A stretch of DNA of 64,000 bases from Lama guanicoe (taxonomy: Eukaryota): contig MU054391.1 in the NCBI GenBank assembly GCA_013239625.1, positions 4,111,824 to 4,175,823 on the forward strand, read 5' to 3'. Position 1 is the stretch's first letter. The number at the start of each line of letters is the position of its first letter. Shown here one piece after another: positions 11,291-23,150 of the stretch. A program made the translations under genes and the position numbers. The notes under the pieces were generated by a model. That model made no database searches and had not been told where the DNA came from. It saw only the letters and a list, made by a program, of their open reading frames with translations.

Positions 11291-14204
11291 ATATTTTAAA
11301 AAATTAAACCAAATCAAAAAGATAGGACTGAAACCCCAGTCTTTGGTGAGAATTAGGGAGCTCCACTACAGATCCCAGAAACATCATGAGTTTTAATGCC
11401 TTTTGGGAAAGTGGTTTCTATTTTAACTCTGCTTGGAATCACTAACTCGGAAACTTTACTCAGTGAAATGATAGATCTTTGAGGAGGTGAATTTCATAAT
11501 TCCAGAATTTACCTTTTTAAAAGCCTGTATGTGCAGGAAGAGCCCAGAAGACACTGCAGTGAGCGATGCTTGAGGGTTCGAAAAGCGTTCAGGGTCAGAG
11601 CATCATGGCAGGTGGGCAGCGGGAAGACGAGGAATCCAGGAGCAAGAGTGGTTGGGAGATGCAGCAACCCAGCAGCCACCGAGCTCAGAGCAGATGCTGT
11701 CAGATGGTATCAAAGCCCCAAGCACTGAATTTTGAATTTGAGGGCAGTTTGTCTTGATTTTGAGACAAGTTTTGCATGATGGAAACAGGATATCAGCCTT
11801 GGAAAAGGACTGAACACTATTCATGAAGAACATTCAATCTTCAGATACAAGGAACCAAACACGGGCATGTGGAGGAGCCTGGATCTCAGCACCAAGCAGA
11901 AAAGGATCTATTTTCACATCCAGACACCAGGACAGCTGGTGCCGAGGCACAGAGGGTTCATCCTTGTGACCTTGCTTGCCACTCAGAGTGTAGTTCGTGG
12001 CTAGGCACACTGGCATCCATGAGGGCTGGCTAGAAACGGAGAAGGAACAAAGACCAGATGCTCCTGGGGCTTCCTTCCAGCTCTAGTCTTGTGATATGAG
12101 AACTGGGTTGGAGTTTGTACTGGGGCATGTTGGGAGCTAAGGATAGGTAGGTAGGTAGATTGGATCCACCTTTTTTAAACAAGGCAAATAGAGAATGAAG
12201 ACTGAAGCTGTTAAAAGTCATGAAAGGATGCAGAGAGCGCATTTGATGATGGGCCCAGAGAGGCAAGAGAGATGTCAGAGGGGAGGGAGAGGCAAGGGTC
12301 CTGAGCTCAGGTCACTGGGGAACAGATATACCAGCAGCCCGGGGAAGCACGTTTAGAGGGAGAAATTTGCGTAGGAGGAGGATTATACATTTCATAAACC
12401 ATCATTTAAAAAATATCACAAAGGAATTTGAAATCAGTGCTCCATTGTAATCCATAGTGACATAATATAGTAATCTAAATTTGGGGGTAATTTTTTCATA
12501 AAATGCTGACTTTTTTCCAAATTCCTCACCAGAGGCCGCAAAGAAAATACATTATAATATTTATGCAGATACACAAATAACATTTTATATCACATGGTGC
12601 TTAAAATGTTGGTCCCTTAGAAATGGTTGAGAAGAACATTGAACAATGTTATTTTTTGCTTAAAATAAATGAGGATAAAGTATTATTCCTGGGAGACAGA
12701 GTATTTCTATTTTTTTCTTTCTTATTCTTTGCCACTTCATTAGAGCAGAGAACAGACTTCAAATATAAGTGGTATTGCACTAAATATGGTGGGGCCAGAG
12801 GGAAGGCATTATTTAAAAAAATCATTCTGTGGAAAACAGTTGGGATGAATCAGCCGTCTCCCTCCGTTCCAAGCCTGGATGCTGCACCACATCCCGGCAC
12901 TTTTCAGCAACCCCCTCCTGAGATTTCAAATCAGATTTCCTGGGCTCTTGCAAAGTCTCGTCTTCCACGCTCCAGATTCTTTAACACAGACACATGCTTC
13001 CCTTTGTATGACTGAGAGCCTGGGTCTTAATTCTGAGCTACCTGGAGAGCCTCGCATTACTTAATTTTGCAGCAAAGATCATTAAAGCAGAAATGTCAGT
13101 GCAAAAGGCAGCCTGAACTTTTCAAGTCCAGAGCTGGCCTCCACAAGGCTCCTGCTATTGTCAGACTAAAAAGAATAATTCGCTTTGTGCAAAGGCAGCA
13201 AGAAGACCACTGTGGCTGCCACTTACAGGGACGCTGGCTTGTCATTTACTGCAGGAAACCAGTGATTAGGTTACAATAGCAACCGTAGCTTAGTGATTTG
13301 CTTTAAAAAAAAAAAACAACTTTTTTTAAAAGCAGTGCACAGAAACCAGCACCTGGACAGTGCGTTTTCCACCTCATCCGCATGAGAGGAAGGATGCTCA
13401 GCCTGACAGGTCACAGACACCTCTATGGAGAATTACGGGTTTTCATCCTAAGGATGCATAATGGTTGCTAATTTGCTGGAGCGAGAGCTTCATCGCCGAG
13501 TTTCACATCGCAAAGCTGGGTCCGGAGCGCCCATCCGTCCCTTTGTCCCTCCATCCCTGGCACTGTTGGTCAGCAAAGACAGGTCTGGAGAGCAGGGAGA
13601 GCTGGTGGCCCACTGGTCCCTGTGGGGATGCCTGATCTGTGACCGTCCACGGGGTTCCTCTGTCTTGTGACTGCTTTTATTCCCTCTGAAACGTTCATAA
13701 AGCAATACTGCTTAAACATGCTTATACCGGAGGGTTTAATTAAACAAACACCAACCAACAAATCAAGCCCATTTGACAGTAAAAGTTAATTAAATTATTA
13801 CCGAAGGATCGCCTAGTAGCTACATGCACAGGGGAGAAAGAACTACAAAACAAAAAATCTAAAAACAAATTGAAAAGAAACTCCTCATCTTACCAGCAGG
13901 AAATTTGAGGCTTAGATAAATGGAAGGATTTTTTCCCCAGATAAAAACATCAGTCAGTGACAATGTGGCACCACAGACATCTGAATGCTTTGCATGCAGT
14001 GTGTCCTGGGCAAGGCTCTGGGGGCACAAAGGAAAGCCCCCTGCCACTTGTCACGAAGTTCACAGGGGAGGAAAGAGAACCATGCGTGGACGATGGCAGT
14101 ACCTCCTAGAAATGAGACGGGAGCTGGGCCTCTTCCCACTGCACCATGTGGCCTCCATCATCCACTACTCTGCTCACAGGATCTCATCAAATCTGTTACC
14201 ACAT

Positions 14205-14720
14205 ATTTATTTCCATTAATAAATATGTATTAACAGCCACTAAGAACAAGAAGAGAGACCCCCAGTCAGGAATACACAGCCGCGGGATGACACTAGTCCA
14301 GACACAGTGCAGAAGAGAGGCCTCAGAAGGTTCCAGAAGGCGCCCACCAAGCTCTCCAGGGCTTTAACAGAAGAGAAAAAAAAAATCCTTTGAGTTGGAG
14401 AAGCAGGAATTTCTTCATGGGCGAATAGTATTTGAAATGGATCTTGCAGGATGGATAAAATATCAAAGAGAGGGGCGGCTACAGCTTAGGCAGAAGGAGG
14501 AGGGTCTTGTAGGGGAGGTGACAACTGGAGCATCTGTGAAGGCACAGGGGCCAGAGAACTCATGGATGCTCAGGGGGCCCCCAGGGGCCTCGTTTGTCAG
14601 GAGGACACAGAAAAAGGAGAAGTGGAAAATAGAAGCTGAAAGCTGGATTGACGCTCGGCTGTGGTAGGAGGTAAAGGCAGCACTGTGAGCTCATTTTTGG
14701 AGACTGATATGATTTTTTGA
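14205..14720 (-). mobile_element. L2 fragment
   Basis: 'tttatttccattaataaatatgtattaa' (reverse L2 tail), followed by 'tttgaaatggatcttgcaggatggataa'. Confidence 0.55.
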
Positions 14721-15884
14721 CATTTCTAAGCAGGAAAACGGATGTTCTTAGCTTTTTGATTTAGGAAATTTTAACGGACTCAACTAGAAAGGCCAAACTG
14801 GATGGGGTTAAATACATAAATCTTCGTTGCAGCCTTTTGCTCACAGTGCCTCACCTTCTCACTGCATAAATACTACGATTCTGCTCTCATTGTTCCCTCA
14901 GATGATCACTTCCATACATTCCAAGGATTAGAGTCTTACAGCTGCTGACGCACAGGCACTCCAAATGTCGCGAAGCCAAACCACTGCTATCAACGATGGG
15001 AAAACCGAGTCAGAGGTAAGCAGGGCGGCTTTAAGTGGTATTTCCTGTTATACCTGCAAAACAAACGTTTCTGCAGTATACAGCACACTCCACGTCGAGA
15101 GCGCTGTCTGCTCTCCGGCCAGCAGCTCTCCTGCCCTGCCCGCAGTGTAGCCGGAGAAGGATGCTATCCCATCCCCTTTCTTGGGGAAACTGATTCACTG
15201 ATGCCACTTTGGCACAAATGTGAATCGACTGCACATTCTAAGGAGAGTCTAGAAATACACTGCATTGCTCGTTGCTGTTCATCCCTTTGGATGCTCTGAC
15301 ATAGCAATATTTCGTAGCTCACCTAAACTCATAGAAGGTCAAATATTTAAGCTAAACGCATATGGTCAATAGGCTGACTTCGAAATTCCATTTACGCTTT
15401 GTTTTAGTACTGCCTATGGTGTGGTCCACTTCAGTACTTCCTCCTTGCGTTACAACACTGCGGGGGAAGCTGGTGCTGTTACACGTCTTTGGCTTAAGAG
15501 GAGCCCTCTAAAAACCAAGGAAGGAAGGCACAGTGCGGACATAAGCGTGTGTAAGACACGAAGCTCTCTGTATTAAAATGCTTACTATCTGCCTGCCTGT
15601 ACCTCTCCCCCCTTGAATTAAAACAACCTCCGCAAACTGGCTGGAGCCGAAGGGAGGAAACAGTGTTTGGGCCAGAAATAAACATCAGAAGACAGCAAAC
15701 ACGATGGGACTGAAGAGTGATGTTTCAAATATGAAATGTGTATCAGGTCTCAGCTGCGAATATTTAACCAGATAGATGTGAAAAGCAAAGAAATAGGAGG
15801 AGAAGCTTCTTTTAAAGAGATTGACCTCCAGCGTTTCAGATTGTGCTCTTAGCTCTAGACTCCCACTCCTTCTGAATCCCCCAT

Positions 15885-15885
<1 letters not shown>

Positions 15886-15922
<37 letters not shown>

Positions 15923-16268
15923 GAAGTGTAGTCAGTTTGCAATGTTGTGTCAATTTCTGGTGTACAGCATAATGCTTCAGTCATATGCGAACATACATAT
16001 ATTATTTTTTGCCGTAAGTTACTGCAAGATACTGAATATAGTTCCCTGTGCTATACAGTATGAACTTGTCTATCTGTTTTATATACATTAGTTAGTATCT
16101 GCAGATCTCGAACTCCCAGTTTGTCCCTTCCCACCTCTTTCCCCCACCTGGTAATCATAAAGTTTGTTTTCTCTGTCTGTGAGTCTGTTTCTGTTTTGTA
16201 AATAAGTTCGTCTTTTTTTTTTTAATTCCACATATAAGTGCTATATGGTATTTTTCTTTTTCTTTCTG
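15886..16268 (-). mobile_element. Young 5'-truncated L1 3' end with perfect 12-bp TSD
   Basis: TSD 'gaatcccccatt' at 15874-15885 and 16269-16280. The minus-strand ORF includes the L1 ORF2 C-terminal-like 'QKEKEKYHIALICGI'. Confidence 0.9.
15889..15918. repeat. (TG)15 microsatellite in place of the L1 tail
   Basis: Read directly from the sequence. Confidence 0.95.
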
Positions 16269-17719
16269 GAATCCCCCATTTTTTGTTTTTACATATCTTC
16301 TTCCAAGTCTTTGTTCCAGGAGGGTAAGTGAGAGGCGAGGCCAGCTCTCAGTAAGTGAAGGGATTCCATTTACGCGGAAGATCATTAGAAACAGAACACA
16401 CGGTGCTCCGATCGCGGAGCCTGCGCTGCAAGCCAGCTCCCCTGGATCTCGGGCCGATGTGCTTGGTGCTGACAAACATACACCTTGCAGCTGCGATCTG
16501 ACAGTGATGCACGTCACTACCGCTGTCATTGTTACTCCAGTGCGTCTCCTATTAACACTTACAGGTCGGGGCCGTCCCCGAAGTGAACATGGGAATTCAA
16601 CCGCATTCAGGGTTGGGGACGTGAAGTGAAATACACGGGAGGCAATGTCATCCCAAATACCCGCCAGCCAGCCTCTGACGGCCTCAGCAGTTTATTTGGA
16701 GTCCTGCAGTCAGACTTAACTTCACTCTCAGATACTAGGCAGGTGTAATATTAAGAATAAATTATTTTAAATCCCTTCACTCCATGGGAAAAAAAAAAAA
16801 GGAAAGAAAAGAAGAACATTGTGCAAAAGCAACATCTTGTAGCCAGGACTTTTCTGAGACTGAAGAGTGGGCACCAGCCATAGATTTTTAGCTCCGTGCA
16901 GAAGGTACTGAAAAGCACTCAACTTGTTTGCAGCCTGGATTTGTCTGCAGAGTTTGGGGAAGAGGTAACTGCAAATGTTAAGGGAAGACCTCAGCTCAGT
17001 TCAGTTCAGTTCCTGGTGCTTTCCTGTGACATTCCCTGTCCTTGATGGGATGGGACTGGGTAGAGGGGCTTAGACTGGCTGACCCCTAGCCAAAATTAAT
17101 GACGAATGAGGCACACAGGGAATGCTTCGCTGGTATTTTAATTTGAGCCGTGTTCCTTTGGATTCTGTCCATAGTGTTTTATTTTATTTCACCAATTTGT
17201 AATTTATTACAGTGACAACATGAGTTGTCATGCTTTGGCTTGTAGTTATTACAAGCAAAAAGCCTGCTTTCTCCAGAATCAGGATTCAGTCATCCACGCC
17301 CCCATTTTAGTCAGTTTCCCTCGTCTTTACGCTTCCTTGACAATTGAAAGGTCAATGGGGATGTTTCATGAAGTTACACAGAAGTGTCAAAACTGCCTTC
17401 TCAAAGCCTACGGTGCATTAAGGGTCACGCGCACTGTACTGCAGGGAGAGTGGGGGCGGGCCAGGCGTGTCTGAGCTGGGTCGAGTCTGCTGTCTCACAC
17501 CCAGTAGAGCCAGTGAGAATCTATCTGCAGAGACGTCTTCACCTCTTCTCAGTCGTGTCTTGAGAAACCACGCCCCGTTATGCTCCATCCTAAATAAGCT
17601 TCCGTTCCTTCCACTCATCTGTCCCTCTCCGCATTCACTCCCACGGGCTGGACATCCTTGATCACGTAGCTGGCTCTTACGGAGTCTTCACCCCGGAGCT
17701 CCGTTCTCCACCCCGTCCT

Positions 17720-18050
17720 CCTCTCTGACTTTCAAGGTCGTTTTACACAGTAAAAGGTCAGTTACGGTGACCCCCTCCCCCTCTCCAGGGTCTGCAGGGT
17801 TGAGCTCTAACTCTTGGGCGTGGTCATGAGCCTCTTCTAAACCTGGAGCTTTATTCGCTGGTTTTCTCCGTAGACATCCTCCTCTGAATGCCTCGTCCCC
17901 CTTTCCCACACGCACCACACAGTTCACTGCTTCACGCATTTGTTTTCACTATGTTTTCTGTCTGTTGTTTTGTCTCTTCCTAAACGCAGGTACTTGTCCC
18001 TTATCCATGTGGTGAGGAATTATCTATCTTTCAGGACCCATTTGTCAAGA
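17720..18050 (+). mobile_element. L2 fragment
   Basis: Pyrimidine-rich L2-sense phrases, e.g. 'tctttcaggacccatttgtcaagat'. Confidence 0.45.
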
Positions 18051-18169
18051 TACAGTGTCCCCGCTGTGTCTCTGTGGCGCCTGCGTCCAGCTAGCTCGGC
18101 CAGCCGTCCTTCTGCAGGGGCTGCGGGGACAGCAGTGAGCGCCGCACCGTGACCTGCCAGACCTGGGCG

Positions 18170-18385
18170 CGGCCCCAGCCCGGCCTCTGTACTAGTCAGG
18201 TGGTCCTAGCAACTTACTTACCCTTTCCTGGTCTCAGCCTCCTCACTTACAAAGTAGAGATCATAACAATAGTTGTTTCTAGGGTGCCGTGGGCCTTAAA
18301 CTGAGTTAATACACGCAAAACTCTTGTCTCCGTGCCTGGCACAAGGCCAGCTCGTAATAAGCCAAACTCATTGTTACTATGTACT
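18170..18385 (+). mobile_element. MIR SINE
   Basis: 'gcaacttacttaccctttcctggtctcagcctcctcacttacaaagtagagat...ttaaactgagttaatacacgcaaaa...gtgcctggcaca'. Confidence 0.8.
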
Positions 18386-18526
18386 TCTGTCATTGTAGTT
18401 TTGTGCCCTAGTGTGGCTGTTAACATGTCTCTTCCCTGCTGGGTTGTGCATTTTCTAAGGGAGGAAATGCACCTTCTACCTAGCATTTCTAGCACACAGC
18501 ATGGGGCTAGCTTATAACGCTGATGT

Positions 18527-18718
18527 TAAGGTCACAAAATAAAGTGCAGATGCCTAGTTCAATCTGAATTTCGGATAAATAAAGAATGAATCTTAGTATA
18601 AGTTTGTCCAAAACATGATACGAGACATACTTTACATTTTAAAAATATATTCAAAATATCTAAAATTCAAATTTAATCAGGTGTCCTGTATTTTCATTTG
18701 CTAAATCCACCAACTCTA
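18527..18718. mobile_element. MER53 palindromic hAT MITE
   Basis: Arms 'gatgcctagttcaatctgaatttcggata' and 'tatctaaaattcaaatttaatcaggtgtc' are near reverse complements; centre 'gtataagtttgtcc...gacatacttta'; degenerate 8-bp TSD gctgatgt/attgatgt. Confidence 0.85.
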
Positions 18719-19309
18719 ATTGATGTGCTTCGTTTAAATGGCTTCCCATGTCAATTTTTCGAGATGAGGCATTATAAAAGGCTCTCCTGATGATGTGAAG
18801 CATTTAACTGCTGACAATAATGTGGGACATCACTCTTATTTCCTTTGTGGCTCTCCAAGGTTTACCAGTGCTTCACTGGGGATCTCACCATTGTGAAAGT
18901 AATACAAAGCCCACTGGAAAAAAAAATCATATATATATGTCACTGATACACATACCCCTTCACCTGAGTAAGGAAACTAACAAAGTGAGGTAGAAGGATG
19001 AAGTATCATTTTCTTGAACCTTAGTTTTCTCATCTGTGAAATGGTCCTAATTATAACACCCGTTACATATTTTAACATTGGTTAAGAAGTCAATTAAATA
19101 GAAAGAATAATGGAAAGAAAGAAAAGAATAGGTATATACAAAAGGTATTCTTATTTTCAAATCTGGCACTTATTTTAGCCGAATCTTTCTCGCAGATTTG
19201 TCTGGGTTTTCATATTTATATTTTCCAGACACGGAAGAGTCTATTGTTATGGACCAGATATTCATCATGGTGTGATGGAGATAACACTGTGGAATTTGAG
19301 AAGACAAAG

Positions 19310-19545
19310 TGGAATATGAACAGACAGAAGACCAAGATCAGGGCAGACTGTTTTAAACTCCAATCCATCCCTTGCTGTAAGTGAGAGGCTGGGAAAGTCT
19401 CTTACATCTGAGTCTCTGTTCCCTCGTTTGTAGGATGGAGACGGTAATGCTGACACAGCCCTGCTCAGAATCCAGTGTAAAAATGGCATAATAAGGAAGG
19501 TGTCCAGGCTGATGCCCGGCCCTCTGCAGACGCTCAACAAAGGCT
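19310..19545 (+). mobile_element. MIR SINE
   Basis: 'gggaaagtctcttacatctgagtctctgttccctcgtttgtaggatggag'. Confidence 0.7.
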
Positions 19546-19583
19546 AACCTAGCACTTTTTTAAGTTCAAAGACATAGGTCGAT

Positions 19584-20205
19584 TGTATTAGTTTTCTTTT
19601 CCTGTGTAACAAATTGCCACAAAGGTGGTGGCTTAAAATCAAGTCCACTACTTTGGCTCACAGTTCTGCAGTCCTGAAGTCCTGCGTGCTGTAGCTGCAT
19701 GTTCCGCTCAGGCTACTACGAGACTGAAATCACAGTGACAGCCGGAAGTTCTTGTCTGCAGACTCTGCGGGGAAATCCACTTCCAAGTTCATTTTGACTG
19801 GAAAAACACAGTTTCTGAGCAATATAGGATTAAGGCCCCTGCTTTCTTGTTGCCTGTCTACTGGAGACATTTCTTAATTCTTAGAAGTTACCAGAATCCC
19901 TTGCAGCATGTCCCCTTCCATCTTCAATTCAGCAAGGGGACAGCAAAACTTTATTGTGCTTTAAGTCTCTGAGTTCTTTCTCTGGAAGACGCCAGAGAAA
20001 ACGCTCTGCTTTTAAAGGACTTCAGTGATTCGGTCATCCTCCTGCCCCAGATCATCTCTCTGTCTCAGATGGTAAACTGTGCCAGATAACATCACCTGAT
20101 CATGAGAGGGACACTCCAGCACATCACAGGACTGGGGATTATGCAGGGCTTGTGTACCAGGGAGGTGGGAAGACAGGGCAGTCACCTTAGGATTCTGCCA
20201 ACCAG
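19584..20205 (-). mobile_element. MaLR solo LTR (MLT1 family)
   Basis: 'tgtattagttttcttttcctgtgtaacaaattgccacaaaggtggtggcttaaa' to 'caccttaggattctgccaacca'. Confidence 0.85.
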
Positions 20206-21074
20206 GCTACTTTCTAGCTTTGTGAATCTGCCCAAAAGGACTCTTCAGCTGTCAACGCCTCTGCCCTCAGCCACACTGTTACAAATGGGCTGAACTGAGC
20301 TACGGCGATCAGCCTATCTCGAAGGGTTATTGTTGAGTTCCAAATAAGGGAGAAGGCTGAACACTTTGTGGGCTGTAAAGTACCTCGTCTTAGTCACATA
20401 CTTCTCTTTGCATAACATTTAAAAATTCTTATATTACATTGCAAACAATTTGTTTACATACCTGTCATTTTCTCCTGTGTTCTGAGATGGTTGGCAGGTA
20501 TGTTGTTGACTTTGACCTTGTTATTGCACATTTTTTTTTATCATTACTCATAGCATAGGAAGCACTCAGTAGTTTTGAGGTGAATGGACACAGTATTTTA
20601 TCCCTAACTTTTCAAAGTCACTAGGGACTCAAGATGGGTATGCGTCAGGGGACGTAAATCCTTATGAAACTTTTTCCTGAAAGTGCTGAAGAAAAATGTA
20701 TATTTAGCATAGAGCAATCTGATATTTTAATTAAGTACACTGGTAAGGATGCACCAGGGGCCATATACCTTCAAATTAACCAGTCAATACAAACAATGCA
20801 AATACGTGTGCAAGTTCCAAGTTAGTAAATTTGCATTAAAAATCCTCCTTTCCTGCTTCCTTTTTCTTTCTTACAACATCTCACAAATTGATGCTATCAA
20901 ATGGGTATCTTACAGTAAATGCTTTAAGTTCATAAATACGAATATCAGTGGATTCTAAAGGAATCATGGCAGAACTTACTCTACTTCTTTCCTTCTATTT
21001 ATCTCTTTTATCCTTCTAGAATTTAGGGTCAAGACAAAGACTCAGTAAAGACACACAGCAAAATGCAATAAAAT

Positions 21075-21300
21075 AAGCATGGATTTGGGATATAGACAGA
21101 CTGGTTTTGAATTGTGTCTCTTTCACTTGGAAGTGGCATTTCTCAGTCTTTCTTCATCTGAAAAAGTGGCAATGGTTGTCCATCCACAGATGTTACTGTG
21201 TGGAGTAGATATAAATTTACAAGCTTACCTGTTTGCAAGCTAAATGGTAGGTTGCAAGTAAGTTACAGCTCATGTTATTATAAACACTATCAGTAATGAT
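21075..21300 (+). mobile_element. MIR SINE (degraded)
   Basis: 'gacagactggttttgaatt...tctcagtctttcttcatctgaaaaagtgg'. Confidence 0.6.
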
Positions 21301-22639
21301 GATTTTAATAGGGGTAAAGTCTAAGTGTGTTCTAATTAGTCATGTCATTGCTTCTTGGAACGTGGCAACACTGGTTTTTTAATGCTAATTCATGAACTGT
21401 CCCAGAATTATCCACCAAAAGCCTAACCAGCCTTCGCAATTCCAAGTGACTTGCTCAAAGCCGCAGGCCAGTGGCTCATCCGAATTCAGATCCGAAGCGG
21501 CGCTAACTCTTTGCTCTTCTCCTCCAGGCCCCGCCAGCCCAGGAGTCCCACTGGCCCGGGGCTGACTTCCCTTCAGTCAGTGTAGAACCATCATCTCTGT
21601 AGTCACAAACTTTCTTACAAGTTTAAAAATGTACTTTGGAAAGCCAGAACATAGAATCTTTATAAAAGATCTTTATTTTCCCCCTCAAGCATCTTCCTGA
21701 AACAGCTAGCTAGAAGAGACACATCGCCCTACACAAAACCCACACAAGAATATCAAAATCTGTTTGATAATGAATTTAAATTAAAAAAAAATCTGTACGC
21801 TAAAATCATTTTTATTTTTAATTTTTCCCTCTTTTTCCAAATTCATGGACATAATGTTTCTTATTGCAACTCAGAAACATCCCAAAATAGCTGCCAAAAT
21901 CTTACAAATAAACATTAAACCAAGGCTTTTGCAGTACAAAAATAGTCCTCACTTCTGCTCGAAAGGTTGGTTGCCCTTCTCAATCTTAGCTAGGGCTGGG
22001 CCCCCACTGGCAGCTTAAGCATGCAGTCACGTTGAAATCAGACTAACTTTTCTATCTGGAAAAATTCGTACGTACAGGAGCTTGTGCCTCCAATCTCAAA
22101 TTTGTCTGTGCATTTAAAAAATTCTAAGAAGAAAGTCAGATTACAAGGAGGAGATTGAAAACTACAGATGAAATGGATTTAATGATCATGTAATGCATCA
22201 TTGATTATTGCCCCAGAAGTGTTCCATGATTACTATTATGTTTAAAAGCACCAACAGAAATGATTACTATTTTGTTTAAATTGCCCTATAATTAAGTAAG
22301 GAGTTTTCTTTATCACAACTAACATTTATGATCCTTGTTACAAGGTATAGAGTCTCTCTCCTACTCTCTTTCTTCGAGGTATTGAAATTCTATATCTGAT
22401 TAATCTGAAGTGAAAAGACAGATCATTATATTAGTGTGTCATTGAACCAAGCCCTGAAATGTCCATCTTGATTGCAATTCTTTTCCTACCAACTTTTCTG
22501 CTGCATAACAGAAGAATATCCCCATTTTGGTTCGTGTAGAATAGGGAAAAATTAAATTTGACCACAGATAAACTAACAGAATTTTGTATTAGGTCCCTCC
22601 ACCTTACATACAAAGTGAAAGGCAGAAGGTTAAATTTCT

Positions 22640-22822
22640 GTCTTTCCTTATGACTCGCTACAAAGCCTTAGAAGACAGTCTGTGATGTGGCCCCTGCTTC
22701 ATTTCTTACCACTTGTCCTTTGGTTCTAGAGAGATTGGCTTCTTTGCATTCCTGCAGGATGCCAACTTCTCCCATCTTTTAGCCTCCAGGTGTTTGTGTT
22801 GCTGTGCCTTTTGACATAAAGT
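22640..22822 (+). mobile_element. L2, left part of the copy split by the provirus
   Basis: 'caaagcctt...tctgtgatgtggcccctgct...ggcttctttgcattcct...tttgtgttgctgtgcctttt'; the L2 resumes after 25203. Confidence 0.65.
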
Positions 22823-23150
22823 TTCATGGGAGACAGTTCTGCACGAGTCTCATGTGTTATGCATATTTTATGAGGGGAGAACTGACTGCCCTGTGTGTTT
22901 GTGAAGCAAATGACCCTGGAATGTAGAGGCATTGTCTCCCTCTGGAGGAAGGGGCAGGCATGCTCGCTGCCCGTTATAAAATACATGGGTTCCCTAATCT
23001 CGGACTCACTCTTGTATAATTAAGGACACACCATTTGTAAGTGTCCTCTACTCTTCTTTGAATCATCTTATGGGATTCGAGGCTTGGGCACCTGGCTGCC
23101 TAACATGTGAATCTGCAAAAAATATCTCAAATCCTTCACAGACCTTAACA
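22823..23150 (+). mobile_element. 5' LTR of provirus
   Basis: 'gggagacagttctgcacgagtctc...ggcaggcatgctcgctgcccgttataaaatacatgggttccctaatctc...atctcaaatccttcacagaccttaaca'. Confidence 0.75.

Noticed and set aside
16990..17012. (AGTTC)n run reminiscent of ruminant Bov-A tails
   Set aside because: Only about three units and no adjacent Bov-A/BovB body.
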